Shown: positions 20,385-29,830 of the stretch, piece after piece
Layout: the number at the start of each line of letters is the position of its first letter
Numbering within the stretch: position 1 is the first letter of the stretch
From: an uncultured Heliomicrobium sp.
Lineage (GTDB): Bacteria; Acidobacteriota; Blastocatellia; RBC074
DNA length: 64,000 nucleotides
Assembly (NCBI GenBank): GCA_964470555.1
Contig: CAYYDG010000002.1
Location: 81,050 to 145,049 of the forward strand
Direction of reading: 5' to 3'
Notes under the pieces: generated by a model
Databases searched by the model: none
The model's input: only the letters and a program-made list of their open reading frames with translations
Told to the model about the DNA's origin: nothing
Made by a program: the position numbers and the translations under genes

Positions 20385-22238
20385 TTATCTCAGGACTTCA
20401 AACACTTCCAGCGCGTGCGGAATCTTGCCGAAAGGAGCTGAGACTTGCACGCCCTGCACGTATTCGCGGACTTCCAACAACATTTCCTGCGCGATCTTGA
20501 CGCCTTCTTTCAATGCCGCCGCGCCGTCTTCGGCTTTGCGCATGCGTTCCAGAATCTCCGGTGGCACGCTGACGCCCGGAACTTCGTTGTTCAGAAATTC
20601 GGCGTTGCGAAAACTGGTCAATGGCCAGATGCCCGGCACAATCGGTATGCGGCAGTGTTCAATGCGTTTCAGAAAATCTTTCAACTGCTTCACGTCGAAA
20701 ACCGGTTGCGTGATGGCGTACTCGGCTCCGGCTTCGACCTTCCATTCAAAGCGGCGGATTTCGTGATCCAGATCAATCGCTCCGGGATTGACGCCTACGC
20801 CGATGACGAACGAAGTCGGTTTGCCAATCGGGTTGCCGCCCGGGTCGAGTCCGTGATTGAGCCGGTTGACCATATTCGTCAAGCCTATGGAATCAATGTC
20901 AAAGACGGCAGTCGCGTTCGGATACGGCCCCATTTTCGGAGGGTCGCCCGTGATGATCAGAAAGTTTCGCAATCCCAACCCCGCCGCGCCGAGCAAATCC
21001 GAAAGCATTCCCAGCAGATTGCGATCGCGGCAGCAATAATGCGTTACGGCTTCGATGCCGACTTGCTGTTCGATGATCAGCGAAACGGCCAAAGCTCCCA
21101 TGCGGGATTGCGCGCGCGGACCGTCGGGAACGTTGACGGCATCCACGCCGGCTTCTTTCAAACTGCGAACGCCTTTGAGCATCGCGGTCGGATCGCAGCC
21201 TTTAGGCGGAACGATTTCCACCGAAGTCACAAATTGTCCGTTCGCCAGTTTGTTGCCAAAGCGCGAACGTTCGGCCAGCGGAATTGGTTCGACTCCTGCA
21301 GATTGTTCTTCGACGGTGATGGCGCTGATGCTTCGACGACCTGGACTGACGGCGCGAACGGCGTCCACGATCAATTTGATGTGATCGGGCGTCGTTCCAC
21401 AGCAACCTCCAATGAATTTCGCTCCTGCGCTAATCATTCGCTTGGCGTACCGGGCGACGTAATCCGGGGAAGCCAGATACATCTTTCGTCCGCCGACTTC
21501 GCGTGGCAAACCGGCGTTGGGCTGAGCCGACAACCGGCGACCGGTGTGTTCGCGCATCTTTTCGATGGCTTCCAGAATAATTTGCGGCCCAACGGCGCAG
21601 TTCAATCCGATGACGTCCGCTCCGTCAGCATCCAGCCATTTGTCCAATCGTTCGGTGATCGTTTCCGCAGACGTGCCGTAAGCGGTTTCGTACTGTTCGT
21701 TGATGGTCATCTGCGCGAAGATGACTTTGTCGGTCAGTTCACGGACGGCGCGAATCGCCTGGTGCATTTCGGCCAGGTCGTGAAAGGTTTCCAGCACAAA
21801 ACAATCCACGCCGCCTTCCAGCAAGGCCGCGACCTGTTCCTTGAACAACTCCTTGGCTTCGTCAACCGAAGTCGGGCCATAAGGTTCAATGCGCACGCCG
21901 AGCGGCGAAATCGCTCCGGCGACAAAGGCGTCGTGTTGCGCAGTCTTGGTCGCTTCGCGGGCAATCTGGGCGGCCAGAATGTTGATGTCGCGCAGTTTGT
22001 CGTCCAGACCCTGAGCGGCGAGTTTCAGCCTAGACGCGCCGTAGGTGTTGGTTTCGATAATCTCGGTTCCGGCTTTGATGTATTCGCGGTGAATGTCCAG
22101 GATCAGGTCAGGGGTGGACAGATTCAATTCGTCGTAACAGCGATTGATGTACACGCCTTTGCTGTAAATCATCGTGCCCATCGCGCCGTCGAACACGCGC
22201 ACGCGGTCTTCTTGAATGAAAGCTCGAAAGTTGTCCAT
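20385..22238 (-). CDS. yitJ: bifunctional homocysteine S-methyltransferase / 5,10-methylenetetrahydrofolate reductase (YitJ-type fusion)
   Basis: N-terminal Hcy-methyltransferase domain (GAMGT...GGCCGTTP). C-terminal MTHFR TIM-barrel (ISPLG..., FAITQPVFD). 617 aa. Confidence 0.85.
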   Translation of the reverse strand: MDNFRAFIQEDRVRVFDGAMGTMIYSKGVYINRCYDELNLSTPDLILDIHREYIKAGTEIIETNTYGASRLKLAAQGLDDKLRDINILAAQIAREATKTAQHDAFVAGAISPLGVRIEPYGPTSVDEAKELFKEQVAALLEGGVDCFVLETFHDLAEMHQAIRAVRELTDKVIFAQMTINEQYETAYGTSAETITERLDKWLDADGADVIGLNCAVGPQIILEAIEKMREHTGRRLSAQPNAGLPREVGGRKMYLASPDYVARYAKRMISAGAKFIGGCCGTTPDHIKLIVDAVRAVSPGRRSISAITVEEQSAGVEPIPLAERSRFGNKLANGQFVTSVEIVPPKGCDPTAMLKGVRSLKEAGVDAVNVPDGPRAQSRMGALAVSLIIEQQVGIEAVTHYCCRDRNLLGMLSDLLGAAGLGLRNFLIITGDPPKMGPYPNATAVFDIDSIGLTNMVNRLNHGLDPGGNPIGKPTSFVIGVGVNPGAIDLDHEIRRFEWKVEAGAEYAITQPVFDVKQLKDFLKRIEHCRIPIVPGIWPLTSFRNAEFLNNEVPGVSVPPEILERMRKAEDGAAALKEGVKIAQEMLLEVREYVQGVQVSAPFGKIPHALEVFEVLR

Positions 22239-22376
22239 AAACGAAAAGCCTCGCGTTCGGAAACAACGCGAGGCTTTGCAGCAAATTTCTGGTTGGGAAA
22301 CCGGATTTCCGGTCAGGCTCTTTAGCAGTTTTTAGGGTGGAGCAATTTGCCGGAAATCGCCACGCGTCGAAGTTTT

Positions 22377-22411
22377 ATGAAAAAGCCTCGCAGCCATAAA
22401 AGCTGCGAGGC
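22377..22411 (-). terminator. rho-independent terminator downstream of tRNA-Ser
   Basis: Minus-strand gcctcgcagc-ttttatg-gctgcgaggc hairpin followed by CTTTTT. Confidence 0.6.
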
Positions 22412-22446
22412 GAAAATAGCAATGTCTAGGTATTTATCAAAACTGA

Positions 22447-22537
<91 letters not shown>

Positions 22538-22603
22538 GTAACGTTGTGCATTGTCTTCATCGAACCGCAGACTGTCAACACATCGCACAAGAAATTCCCA
22601 TAG

Positions 22604-25489
22604 TCAGCGTTTGGTTCGTTCGCCAGCTTTTTGCCGCGCTTGTTGCAATGCGCCAAAAATGGTTGCCGGTTCCGGTGGCTTTTCAGTCTGAGGTGTTTCC
22701 TGATCGGTTGAGTTAGCTGCGATCACCGGTTCTGCCGAAGCAGTTGCGGCAACAACCGGTTTAACCGGTGTGTTTTTTGATTTCGGTGCCCATTTCAGTT
22801 TTTGCAGAATCGGCAACGTTTGAGCCGTTACCAAACCTGTGTGGCGTTCCAGCGCTTCAATCAGCAACAGCAAAATTGCCGTCAGCAGCAAATACGGCGC
22901 AAGTTCGATCAAACGCGATTGACGCGGCAAATCTTTCCAGACGCCGGGAAGCTCCAAACGTTCTTTGCCGCCAGTCGCTTGAGCGAGTTTGGCCAATGCG
23001 GTTTGTCCTTCGTCGGCCTCGACCGGTTTGAATTCCGGCGAATAGGGCAGCGTCACCGGCGACAAGGTCAACGGCTGAGCGCCTGGAACTTCAATCGTAG
23101 AGAGCGCGGTTTCGCTGCCGTTGAGCGGTATAGTCAATTCCATCGTATCGGCATCTGCCCAACGCATTTCGCTTTGTTCAGAAACCGGTTTCGATCCGGC
23201 AACCCCGCGCAGCGTGGTGACTTTTGGACTGGGAGCGCGGACATCCTGTCCGTTTTCATCACGGTCAGGATCGAGGTGCAGTTGAATGACGCTGACGCCG
23301 TTTTTGACTTGCTGAGTCACCAGCATGTTGTTGGGCAGATTCGCAGTGTCTCCGGCAGTCCAGCGAGCCAGGCTGGTGAAAAAATCTCCGGCGCTGCTCC
23401 AACCGGCGATTGATCCTGTGTAATCGCCGTCGGCTTCGCCAGTGTAAGCCAACACGCGCCCGCTTCCGGCTTGCCACGAAGCCACGACCGGCGCGTTGTA
23501 TTCATCGGTTGTCACCGTCGCCAGATTCGCGTTCGGTCGCATATAACACAGGTTGTAACCGCCAATCGCTGGCAATCCGTTGAACTGTTTGCCGGTCAAT
23601 GTGACCAACCCGCCGGTGGTTTGAATCGGAGTCGTCGCTTCCAGAAAAGTGCTGCGCGCGACGACTATGGTGTCTTGAGCGAACAAACGCGGCAATTCTT
23701 CAGCGCTTTCGGTGAAGTAAATTTGTCCGTTGCCGCGGGCGGCAATGTCACGGAGCAAATACGCATCCTGATCGGATTCTTTTCCCAGACCGATGACGCT
23801 GACGGTGATGCCCGCTTGTTCGCATTGGCGGAGCAGTTCGCGGTAAGCGCCGGGTTCTTCGGAATCTGAAGCGTCGGCGAAAAGGATGATGTGTCTGGTT
23901 CCGGCTCTGGCCTTGAGCAGCATATCGGCGGCGGTTGAAAGCGCTTCGTAAACGAAAATGCCTCCGCCCTGCGAATCCACCATCAAAATGTCGCGGCGCA
24001 TTTTGGCGGCATTGCCTTCGACAGGTTTGACGTCGGCAATGATGTGCGAACTGCTGTCCACGGCAACCACGCCGAATTCATCGGTTGGCACAAGCATGTC
24101 CAACACCTGCACCGCCGCCAGGTTCGCCAAATCCATTTTGGTTCGATTGCCGCTGACCGGCGCTGACATGCTACCCGACCGATCCATCGCCACGACGATG
24201 GCCAACGAAAGTTTGCGATGTTCCTGTCGCAATTCCATTGAAACCGGTAGCAACGGTTCCAGCGGCGATTTGAAATACCCGCCTGCGCCGTAGGCATGTT
24301 TGCCGCCGGTCATCATCAAACCGGCGCCGGTTTCTTTGACCCAAGCGGACAAGGCTTCCATTCCGCGTTCAGTGACCTTGTTAGCCGAAACGTTTTCCAG
24401 CACCACGCCGGAAAATCCTGCCAGTGCATCCAGTGACCAGTCGGCGTCTTCGGGCTTTGCAGTTATGACTTTCAATCCGCCACGTTCAAGCAATTGCGAC
24501 AGCCCGGAATCTGCGCTCGAACTAAGCACCAGCAACGGACGCGGCCCTTGCACGCCGATCAGAATCTTCGCCGAGTTGTTTTCGGGAATCGGGTCTTCGC
24601 CCAGACCGGAAATTTTCAGCGCATAACGTTGCGCGCCGGGGTCTTCGGCCAGGTCGCGAAACGTCAGCCGATTCATTCCAGTGCTGACGTTGGTTTTGCC
24701 CGCCGCCAGAATTTGTCCGCCGCGTTGCAATTCAAAGGCGATTTCCTGCGACGCGGGCGATTTCACCCACGCCGTCAGCATAAAAGCTTCGCCGGGAGTG
24801 ACCGTCACGGGAGCGTCAATTTGCGCAATGGCCAAATCTCCGGCGACCGAACGTTGCAGCGAACGATAATCAATCGCCACTCCGCGCGAAGCCGCTCTCG
24901 CCGCCGCGCTTGCAGGGTCTTTGCCTGTCCAGCGTCCGTCGGAGAGCACCAAAATTTTTCCCGGCGCATCCGGTGGAATCAGCGACAGAGCTTTTTCGAC
25001 GGCGTCGTTCAGATTGGAAGCGTCGGCTTGAATTTGATTGGTGAATCCGGCGAAAGCTCCGGTTTGTGGCGAACGTTCGATGGCGGAATTCTGGCCGAAC
25101 GAAACTACGGCCAAACGGTCGTCGCTGCTCATTGCGCGTTGCACCAATTCGATAGCTTCGCGTTCGGCGGCTTCGGCATTGGCAGGCATCGAAAGACTGC
25201 GGTCGGCGACGACCACGACGGTTCCGGCTCGGCTCGGAAGTTGAATGGCCAACCCGCTCAGCGCCAGCAAAATCAACGCCAGCAATATCAACCGCGCCAC
25301 GCGCAGAAACCGCGAAACCGGTTTCCACACCCACCACGCCGCCAACAGCGGAATTGCCAGAATCAGCCAGATTGGATTGAGCAAAGTCACCATAAGAGTC
25401 GGCGCATCATTAGACGCCGCTGCCATTCGGTCAAGAGCCGAAACTGTGAGAAAAACTTTTGTAACCATATGTTGAGTTGGTTTGTCCAA
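22604..25489 (-). CDS. von Willebrand factor A domain-containing membrane protein (BatA-like)
   Basis: 961 aa. N-terminal TM helices. Two VWA-like regions with MIDAS-type motifs (VVADRSLSM; VVAMDRSGSM). A C-terminal TM helix and a low-complexity tail. Confidence 0.6.
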   Translation of the reverse strand: MDKPTQHMVTKVFLTVSALDRMAAASNDAPTLMVTLLNPIWLILAIPLLAAWWVWKPVSRFLRVARLILLALILLALSGLAIQLPSRAGTVVVVADRSLSMPANAEAAEREAIELVQRAMSSDDRLAVVSFGQNSAIERSPQTGAFAGFTNQIQADASNLNDAVEKALSLIPPDAPGKILVLSDGRWTGKDPASAAARAASRGVAIDYRSLQRSVAGDLAIAQIDAPVTVTPGEAFMLTAWVKSPASQEIAFELQRGGQILAAGKTNVSTGMNRLTFRDLAEDPGAQRYALKISGLGEDPIPENNSAKILIGVQGPRPLLVLSSSADSGLSQLLERGGLKVITAKPEDADWSLDALAGFSGVVLENVSANKVTERGMEALSAWVKETGAGLMMTGGKHAYGAGGYFKSPLEPLLPVSMELRQEHRKLSLAIVVAMDRSGSMSAPVSGNRTKMDLANLAAVQVLDMLVPTDEFGVVAVDSSSHIIADVKPVEGNAAKMRRDILMVDSQGGGIFVYEALSTAADMLLKARAGTRHIILFADASDSEEPGAYRELLRQCEQAGITVSVIGLGKESDQDAYLLRDIAARGNGQIYFTESAEELPRLFAQDTIVVARSTFLEATTPIQTTGGLVTLTGKQFNGLPAIGGYNLCYMRPNANLATVTTDEYNAPVVASWQAGSGRVLAYTGEADGDYTGSIAGWSSAGDFFTSLARWTAGDTANLPNNMLVTQQVKNGVSVIQLHLDPDRDENGQDVRAPSPKVTTLRGVAGSKPVSEQSEMRWADADTMELTIPLNGSETALSTIEVPGAQPLTLSPVTLPYSPEFKPVEADEGQTALAKLAQATGGKERLELPGVWKDLPRQSRLIELAPYLLLTAILLLLIEALERHTGLVTAQTLPILQKLKWAPKSKNTPVKPVVAATASAEPVIAANSTDQETPQTEKPPEPATIFGALQQARQKAGERTKR

Positions 25490-25613
25490 AAGTCATGTGC
25501 GAGATAGACTTCGCCCGTTGATCGTCCTGGAAATTTCTGGCAGACCGACGCTAAATCCTGGCGTCATTCAAACCGTTCCAAACAAGTTGCGTTACCTTTG
25601 AAGGGAGATTGTC

Positions 25614-26576
25614 TTGAGAAAGCTCTTCGTCGTTGTTGCCTGTCTGTTGATATTGGCGATTTGTTCGCCGAACGTTTCCATCGCTGATTCTTCGCGCGAT
25701 TACAAAGTGCTGGGCGCGGACAAAAAACGCGTCGCCATCATCAACGCCAAAGGCGAGATTGAATGGGAAGTGCCGAACCCCGACGCGCGCGAAATTCACG
25801 ACATTCAAATGCTGCCCAATGGCAATGTGCTGTTCCAGACCGGTTACACAACGGTGGTGGAAGTCAGCCGCGACAAACAGGTCGTCTGGAAACATGAGTC
25901 CAAACCCAAAGCCGGGTACGACGGCAAAGTCGAGATTCATTCGTACCAGCGATTGAAAGACGGATTGACCTTGATCGCCGAAAGCGGCAATTCGCGGCTG
26001 ATCGAAGTGGACAAGGCTGACAAGATCGTCAAAGAAATTCCGCTGACCGTCGTCAAACCGAATGCTCACCGCGACACGCGCATGGTGCGCAAACTGGACA
26101 ACGGCAATTATCTGGTTTGTCAGGAAGCCGAAGGCAAAGTCCGCGAATACGACGGCAAAGGCAAAATCGTCTGGGAATACGCGCTGGATTTGAATGGCCG
26201 TCCGCGTTCGCCCGGTCACGGAGTCGAAGGCCACGGCGTGGAAGTGTTCGGCGCGATTCGATTGAAAAACGGCAATACGATGATTGCCGGCGGAAACAAC
26301 AATCGAGTGTTTGAAGTCACGCGCGCAGGCAAAATCGTCTGGAGCATTGATCAGAAAGAATTGCCGGGCATCACCTTCGCGTGGATGACGACGCTGCAGC
26401 AATTGCCCAACGGCAATTTGATTATCGGCAACACGCACGCCGGACCGGAAAATCCGCAACTGATCGAAGTCACACGCGACAAAAAAGTCGTCTGGCAGTT
26501 CAAGGATTTCAACAATTTCGGCAATAACCTTGTTGCCGCCCAAGTGCTGGGGATCAAAGGTAAAGTGATTCGCTGA
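25614..26576 (+). CDS. secreted beta-propeller repeat protein
   Basis: Signal peptide followed by repeated ...LPNGN.L....... blades (about 6-7 repeats). Confidence 0.55.
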   Translation: MRKLFVVVACLLILAICSPNVSIADSSRDYKVLGADKKRVAIINAKGEIEWEVPNPDAREIHDIQMLPNGNVLFQTGYTTVVEVSRDKQVVWKHESKPKAGYDGKVEIHSYQRLKDGLTLIAESGNSRLIEVDKADKIVKEIPLTVVKPNAHRDTRMVRKLDNGNYLVCQEAEGKVREYDGKGKIVWEYALDLNGRPRSPGHGVEGHGVEVFGAIRLKNGNTMIAGGNNNRVFEVTRAGKIVWSIDQKELPGITFAWMTTLQQLPNGNLIIGNTHAGPENPQLIEVTRDKKVVWQFKDFNNFGNNLVAAQVLGIKGKVIR

Positions 26577-26596
26577 TTCAATTTGAGAAAACGATC

Positions 26597-28054
26597 ATGA
26601 AAAACACGCTTCCGATTATTACGCCGCAACAGATGACTCGCCGTGAATTGATCTTCAAAGCCGGAGCCGGATTTTCCGGCTTGGCGCTGAGTTCCTTGCT
26701 GGACAAAGACGGATTATTGGCGGCAACGCCAAACGCCTCGGATGCCAAAGACGTGAATCCGCTGGCTCCGAAGCCGTCGCATTTCAAAGCCAAAGCCAAA
26801 TCGGTCATCTTTCTGTTTATGTATGGCGGCCCCAGCCAGGTGGATTTGTTCGACCCGAAACCAATGTTGACCAAAAATCACGGCAAGCCGCTGCCGGATT
26901 TGGACAAGCTGGAAACCTTCAACAAAAACGGCAACCTGATGGCGTCGCCGTACAAGTTCAAAAAGTACGGGCACGGCGGCGTAGACATTTCCGAACTCTA
27001 TTCCAATCTGGGCAGCGTTGCCGATGAGTTGTGCGTGATTCGATCGCTCTATTGTCTGAGCAACAATCATTCGCCCGCGATCTTTCAGATGAACAGCGGC
27101 AACATTCGTCCCGGCAATCCGAGTTTGGGTTCATGGGTGACGTATGGCTTGGGAACGGAGAATCAAAACCTGCCCGCGTACATAGTGATGTATGACTGGC
27201 GAGGCGGTCCAATTGGCGGAGCGCCGAACTGGTCTTCGGGCTTTATGCCTGCGGCGTTTCAGGGAACTTCGTTTCGTCCTGGCTCGACGCCGATTGTGGA
27301 TTTGAATCCGCCGAAATGGGTTGATCCGCATTTGCAGCGTCAGGAAATTGACCTGATTCAGAAACTGAACCAGGAGCACCGCGAACAGCACGCTAAAAAT
27401 AGCGATCTGGATGCGCGCATCGCTTCTTATGAACTGGCTTTCCAGATGCAATCGCACGCGCCCGAAGCCGTTGACCTGAGCAAAGAATCCGATGCGACCA
27501 AAAAACTGTATGGCATCGGCGAAAAACACACAGACTTTTTCGGCAAACAGTGTCTGACAGCGCGTCGCCTGGTCGAACGCGGCGTACGCTTCATTCAGCT
27601 TTACCACGGCGGAGGCCATCAACAGGAATCCTGGGACGCGCATTTCGGCATTGACGAAAACCATCGGCTGCATTGCGCTGAAACCGATATTCCGATGACC
27701 GGTTTGATCAAAGATTTGAAAGCGCGTGGCTTGCTGGATTCGACGCTGATCGTCTGGGGCGGGGAATTTGGCCGCATGCCGATGTCGCAATCCGGCATCG
27801 GGCGCGATCACAATCATTACGGTTTCTGCATGTGGATGGCTGGCGGAGGTGTCAAAGGCGGCCAGATGATTGGTGAAACCGATGAGTTCGGCTTGAAAGC
27901 CGCTGTCGAACCCTATTCCGTTCACGACCTGCACGCGACAATCCTGCACGCCATGGGCTTGGAGCACCGCAAATTGACGTATTACTACGGCGGACGCGAA
28001 CAACGGCTGACGAACTTCGGCGGCGATCCGATTCTGAAAGTGTTTGGGGGATAG
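26597..28054 (+). CDS. DUF1501 domain-containing protein (sulfatase-like, Tat-exported)
   Basis: N-terminal RRELIFKAGAGFSGLAL Tat motif, FLFMYGGPSQVD and the C-terminal GRDHN...GGG core, as in DUF1501 proteins of Planctomycetes/Acidobacteria. Confidence 0.85.
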   Translation: MKNTLPIITPQQMTRRELIFKAGAGFSGLALSSLLDKDGLLAATPNASDAKDVNPLAPKPSHFKAKAKSVIFLFMYGGPSQVDLFDPKPMLTKNHGKPLPDLDKLETFNKNGNLMASPYKFKKYGHGGVDISELYSNLGSVADELCVIRSLYCLSNNHSPAIFQMNSGNIRPGNPSLGSWVTYGLGTENQNLPAYIVMYDWRGGPIGGAPNWSSGFMPAAFQGTSFRPGSTPIVDLNPPKWVDPHLQRQEIDLIQKLNQEHREQHAKNSDLDARIASYELAFQMQSHAPEAVDLSKESDATKKLYGIGEKHTDFFGKQCLTARRLVERGVRFIQLYHGGGHQQESWDAHFGIDENHRLHCAETDIPMTGLIKDLKARGLLDSTLIVWGGEFGRMPMSQSGIGRDHNHYGFCMWMAGGGVKGGQMIGETDEFGLKAAVEPYSVHDLHATILHAMGLEHRKLTYYYGGREQRLTNFGGDPILKVFGG

Positions 28055-28168
28055 ATACTATTTCACTCGGTATTCCCCGCGCGTGTCAGGCTATCTTTAG
28101 CTGTTCGAGGGGGCTGAATTTATGCGATGATTGGCCGAAAGTTGATTGCTGTGAGGAGAAACGCATAA

Positions 28169-28855
28169 ATGTCTGAATATCGTATTGAATACACTTCATT
28201 GAGTTCTGAATGGAAAACGACCTCTATTCTGTCGGAATTACCTGTTCCTGGAAGTAGGGGGTTTGTAACTTTAGTTGAGCGGCTTCAGCCATTCGGATTA
28301 ACGGCACAGGGAATTAGCTTACAGACTCCAACCAATAACCTGAGTGATGTCAGGCTTGATCTGGCTTTGCTTGATCCACGAGTCACTATCAGCATCGGTT
28401 ACAGTCATATTACCCTTACGACAGGCGAGATTTATGAAGGAGATGTAAATTCGATTCTACAGATTTTGCAGTCCGTATTTGGCGCAATGGCGGTAATTGA
28501 TCCAAAGATTGAAGAAGGCAAAGGGAGCACGCGTGTTAGTCTTCAACTCTCTTTGCTAGATGAACAAGTTGAGGACTTTCTAGCGCGTTATGCGAAAAAA
28601 CAGGAAGGTGACGTAACTATTACCCCCGACGCTGCTGCATTCGTCGTCAACTGCGATGAGGTTAGCCGGCAGGCACGAACCCGGATCGTTCTCGCTATGT
28701 CGCTTCATTATGCGAATGCCATCTTTTGCGAAATTACCTGGGAATACGAATCAGGCACGGTAGGAAAGCCAATAGAATTTCTCAATCAACTGGCTGATAG
28801 CGGGTTGAGCGTTCTCTCTGTGTTTGATTTACACCATTTTGAAGGAGGGAAATGA
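28169..28855 (+). CDS. hypothetical protein (cassette gene A, 228 aa)
   Basis: First ORF of a low-GC three-gene overlapping cassette. No recognisable motif. Confidence 0.55.
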   Translation: MSEYRIEYTSLSSEWKTTSILSELPVPGSRGFVTLVERLQPFGLTAQGISLQTPTNNLSDVRLDLALLDPRVTISIGYSHITLTTGEIYEGDVNSILQILQSVFGAMAVIDPKIEEGKGSTRVSLQLSLLDEQVEDFLARYAKKQEGDVTITPDAAAFVVNCDEVSRQARTRIVLAMSLHYANAIFCEITWEYESGTVGKPIEFLNQLADSGLSVLSVFDLHHFEGGK

Positions 28856-29364
28856 GTATGTTGGCAGTTATGAACTACGACCTTGCAACATTGGGGAGAC
28901 CCACATCTGTTTTGCCTCAACAGCAGCCGCACTACCAGATTGCGTCACTGAGAGCTTTCCTACCCACAGAGCGAGTCGTTGAAAACCTCACACCTCCAAG
29001 TCGCCCTTTACCCGACAAGCAGCCCAAGCAGGAAAATGGCTCTATGTTTGTAGAGTTACGCAAACAGTTCGAGTTGCGTGACGAGTCTGGCGTGCGGACA
29101 TATTTGCGCAAATATCCGTTTCTGCTCACACTACTGCTCGAAGCGAAAACTCAAGTTGTTCGCATCTTCGGCGAGGGGACAAAGGCAGTGCTTCAAATTA
29201 GTGTTGATCCGAACGATTTGTCGGCCCAGCTTTTTATAGTCATCCCTACACAGTTAAGCGCTAAAGAAGCTTTGGCGTTATTTGATCAACTTGATCAGGA
29301 GTGGTGGCTGGAGGCTACCAAAAGAGCGGATTTCCGCATGAACTTTATCCCGGAGTTTGTCTGA
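28852..29364 (+). CDS. hypothetical protein (cassette gene B, 170 aa); weak MNT-like motif
   Basis: The start overlaps the gene A stop by 4 nt (ATGA). The N-terminal about 60 aa are P/Q-rich. The C-terminal about 105 aa contain RIFGEGTKAVLQISVDPND, a weak G-x-G...D-x-N-D nucleotidyltransferase-like pattern. An alternative start at MFVEL (29044) is possible. Confidence 0.45.
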   Translation: MSMLAVMNYDLATLGRPTSVLPQQQPHYQIASLRAFLPTERVVENLTPPSRPLPDKQPKQENGSMFVELRKQFELRDESGVRTYLRKYPFLLTLLLEAKTQVVRIFGEGTKAVLQISVDPNDLSAQLFIVIPTQLSAKEALALFDQLDQEWWLEATKRADFRMNFIPEFV

Positions 29365-29747
29365 TGCCGTTCGATTGGTCTGATTACCGCCTAGTCGCTG
29401 AAAAGCTCAGTCAAAATGCAGACGAAGCATCGCTTCGATGCGCGATCAGCCGTGCTTATTACTTTGCTTATCATCAAGCGGTCAATCACCTCTTGGAACA
29501 TTTTGATTTTCTACCATCCAAAGACAAATCGCATGATGCGGTTTGGCGTGCGTTTGAGAAAAAAGGACATTCATACCGTGAAGTATGGGATAAAGGCGAC
29601 AAGTTAAAGAAATTGCGAGTTGATGCTGACTACGAGTCAGATGCGATTATTCGTGATGAAACAGCCGCCTTTTCGCTTCAATTGTCTGATCGGATTGCCG
29701 CAATTTTACAGGGCATCCATCGGCAGAAAAGTGTTCGTCCGTCCTGA
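29364..29747 (+). CDS. HEPN-like protein (Rx6H motif), cassette gene C, 128 aa
   Basis: The ATG overlaps the gene B TGA by 1 nt (TGATG). All-alpha composition. SRAYYFAYH gives R-x6-H, consistent with the HEPN Rx4-6H RNase motif. Confidence 0.5.
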   Translation: MPFDWSDYRLVAEKLSQNADEASLRCAISRAYYFAYHQAVNHLLEHFDFLPSKDKSHDAVWRAFEKKGHSYREVWDKGDKLKKLRVDADYESDAIIRDETAAFSLQLSDRIAAILQGIHRQKSVRPS

Positions 29748-29830
29748 CATATTTTCCACTTATTTCATTCAGCGGGGGAGCCTAATGTTAGAGGCTAATT
29801 GGGCGTGCCCTAATTGGGGAGGTTTTCGAA

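Noticed and set aside
20445-22325. 626-aa plus-strand ORF
   Set aside because: Antisense to the yitJ-type gene, whose own frame shows clear Hcy-MT and MTHFR motifs. Spurious.
22330-22352. T-box-like TTAGGGTGGAGC on the plus strand
   Set aside because: It matches only 7 nt of the T-box core and lacks the ACCGCG continuation. It lies antisense to the tRNA-Ser terminator region, with no downstream gene on that strand.
22239-22376. Canonical SAM-I (S-box) riboswitch call upstream of yitJ
   Set aside because: Only the P3/J3-4-like segment (AACCAGAAAU) is recognisable. The P2 k-turn GGAGGGA and the GGUGC pseudoknot partner are missing. Kept only as a speculative finding, not a feature.
25551-26543. 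330-aa minus-strand ORF
   Set aside because: Antisense to the secreted beta-propeller gene, which has a signal peptide and repeat structure. Spurious.
27131-28003. 290-aa minus-strand ORF, and the similar 30446..31177 ORF
   Set aside because: Both are antisense to the two DUF1501 paralogs. The duplicated antisense ORFs merely reflect the duplicated sense genes.
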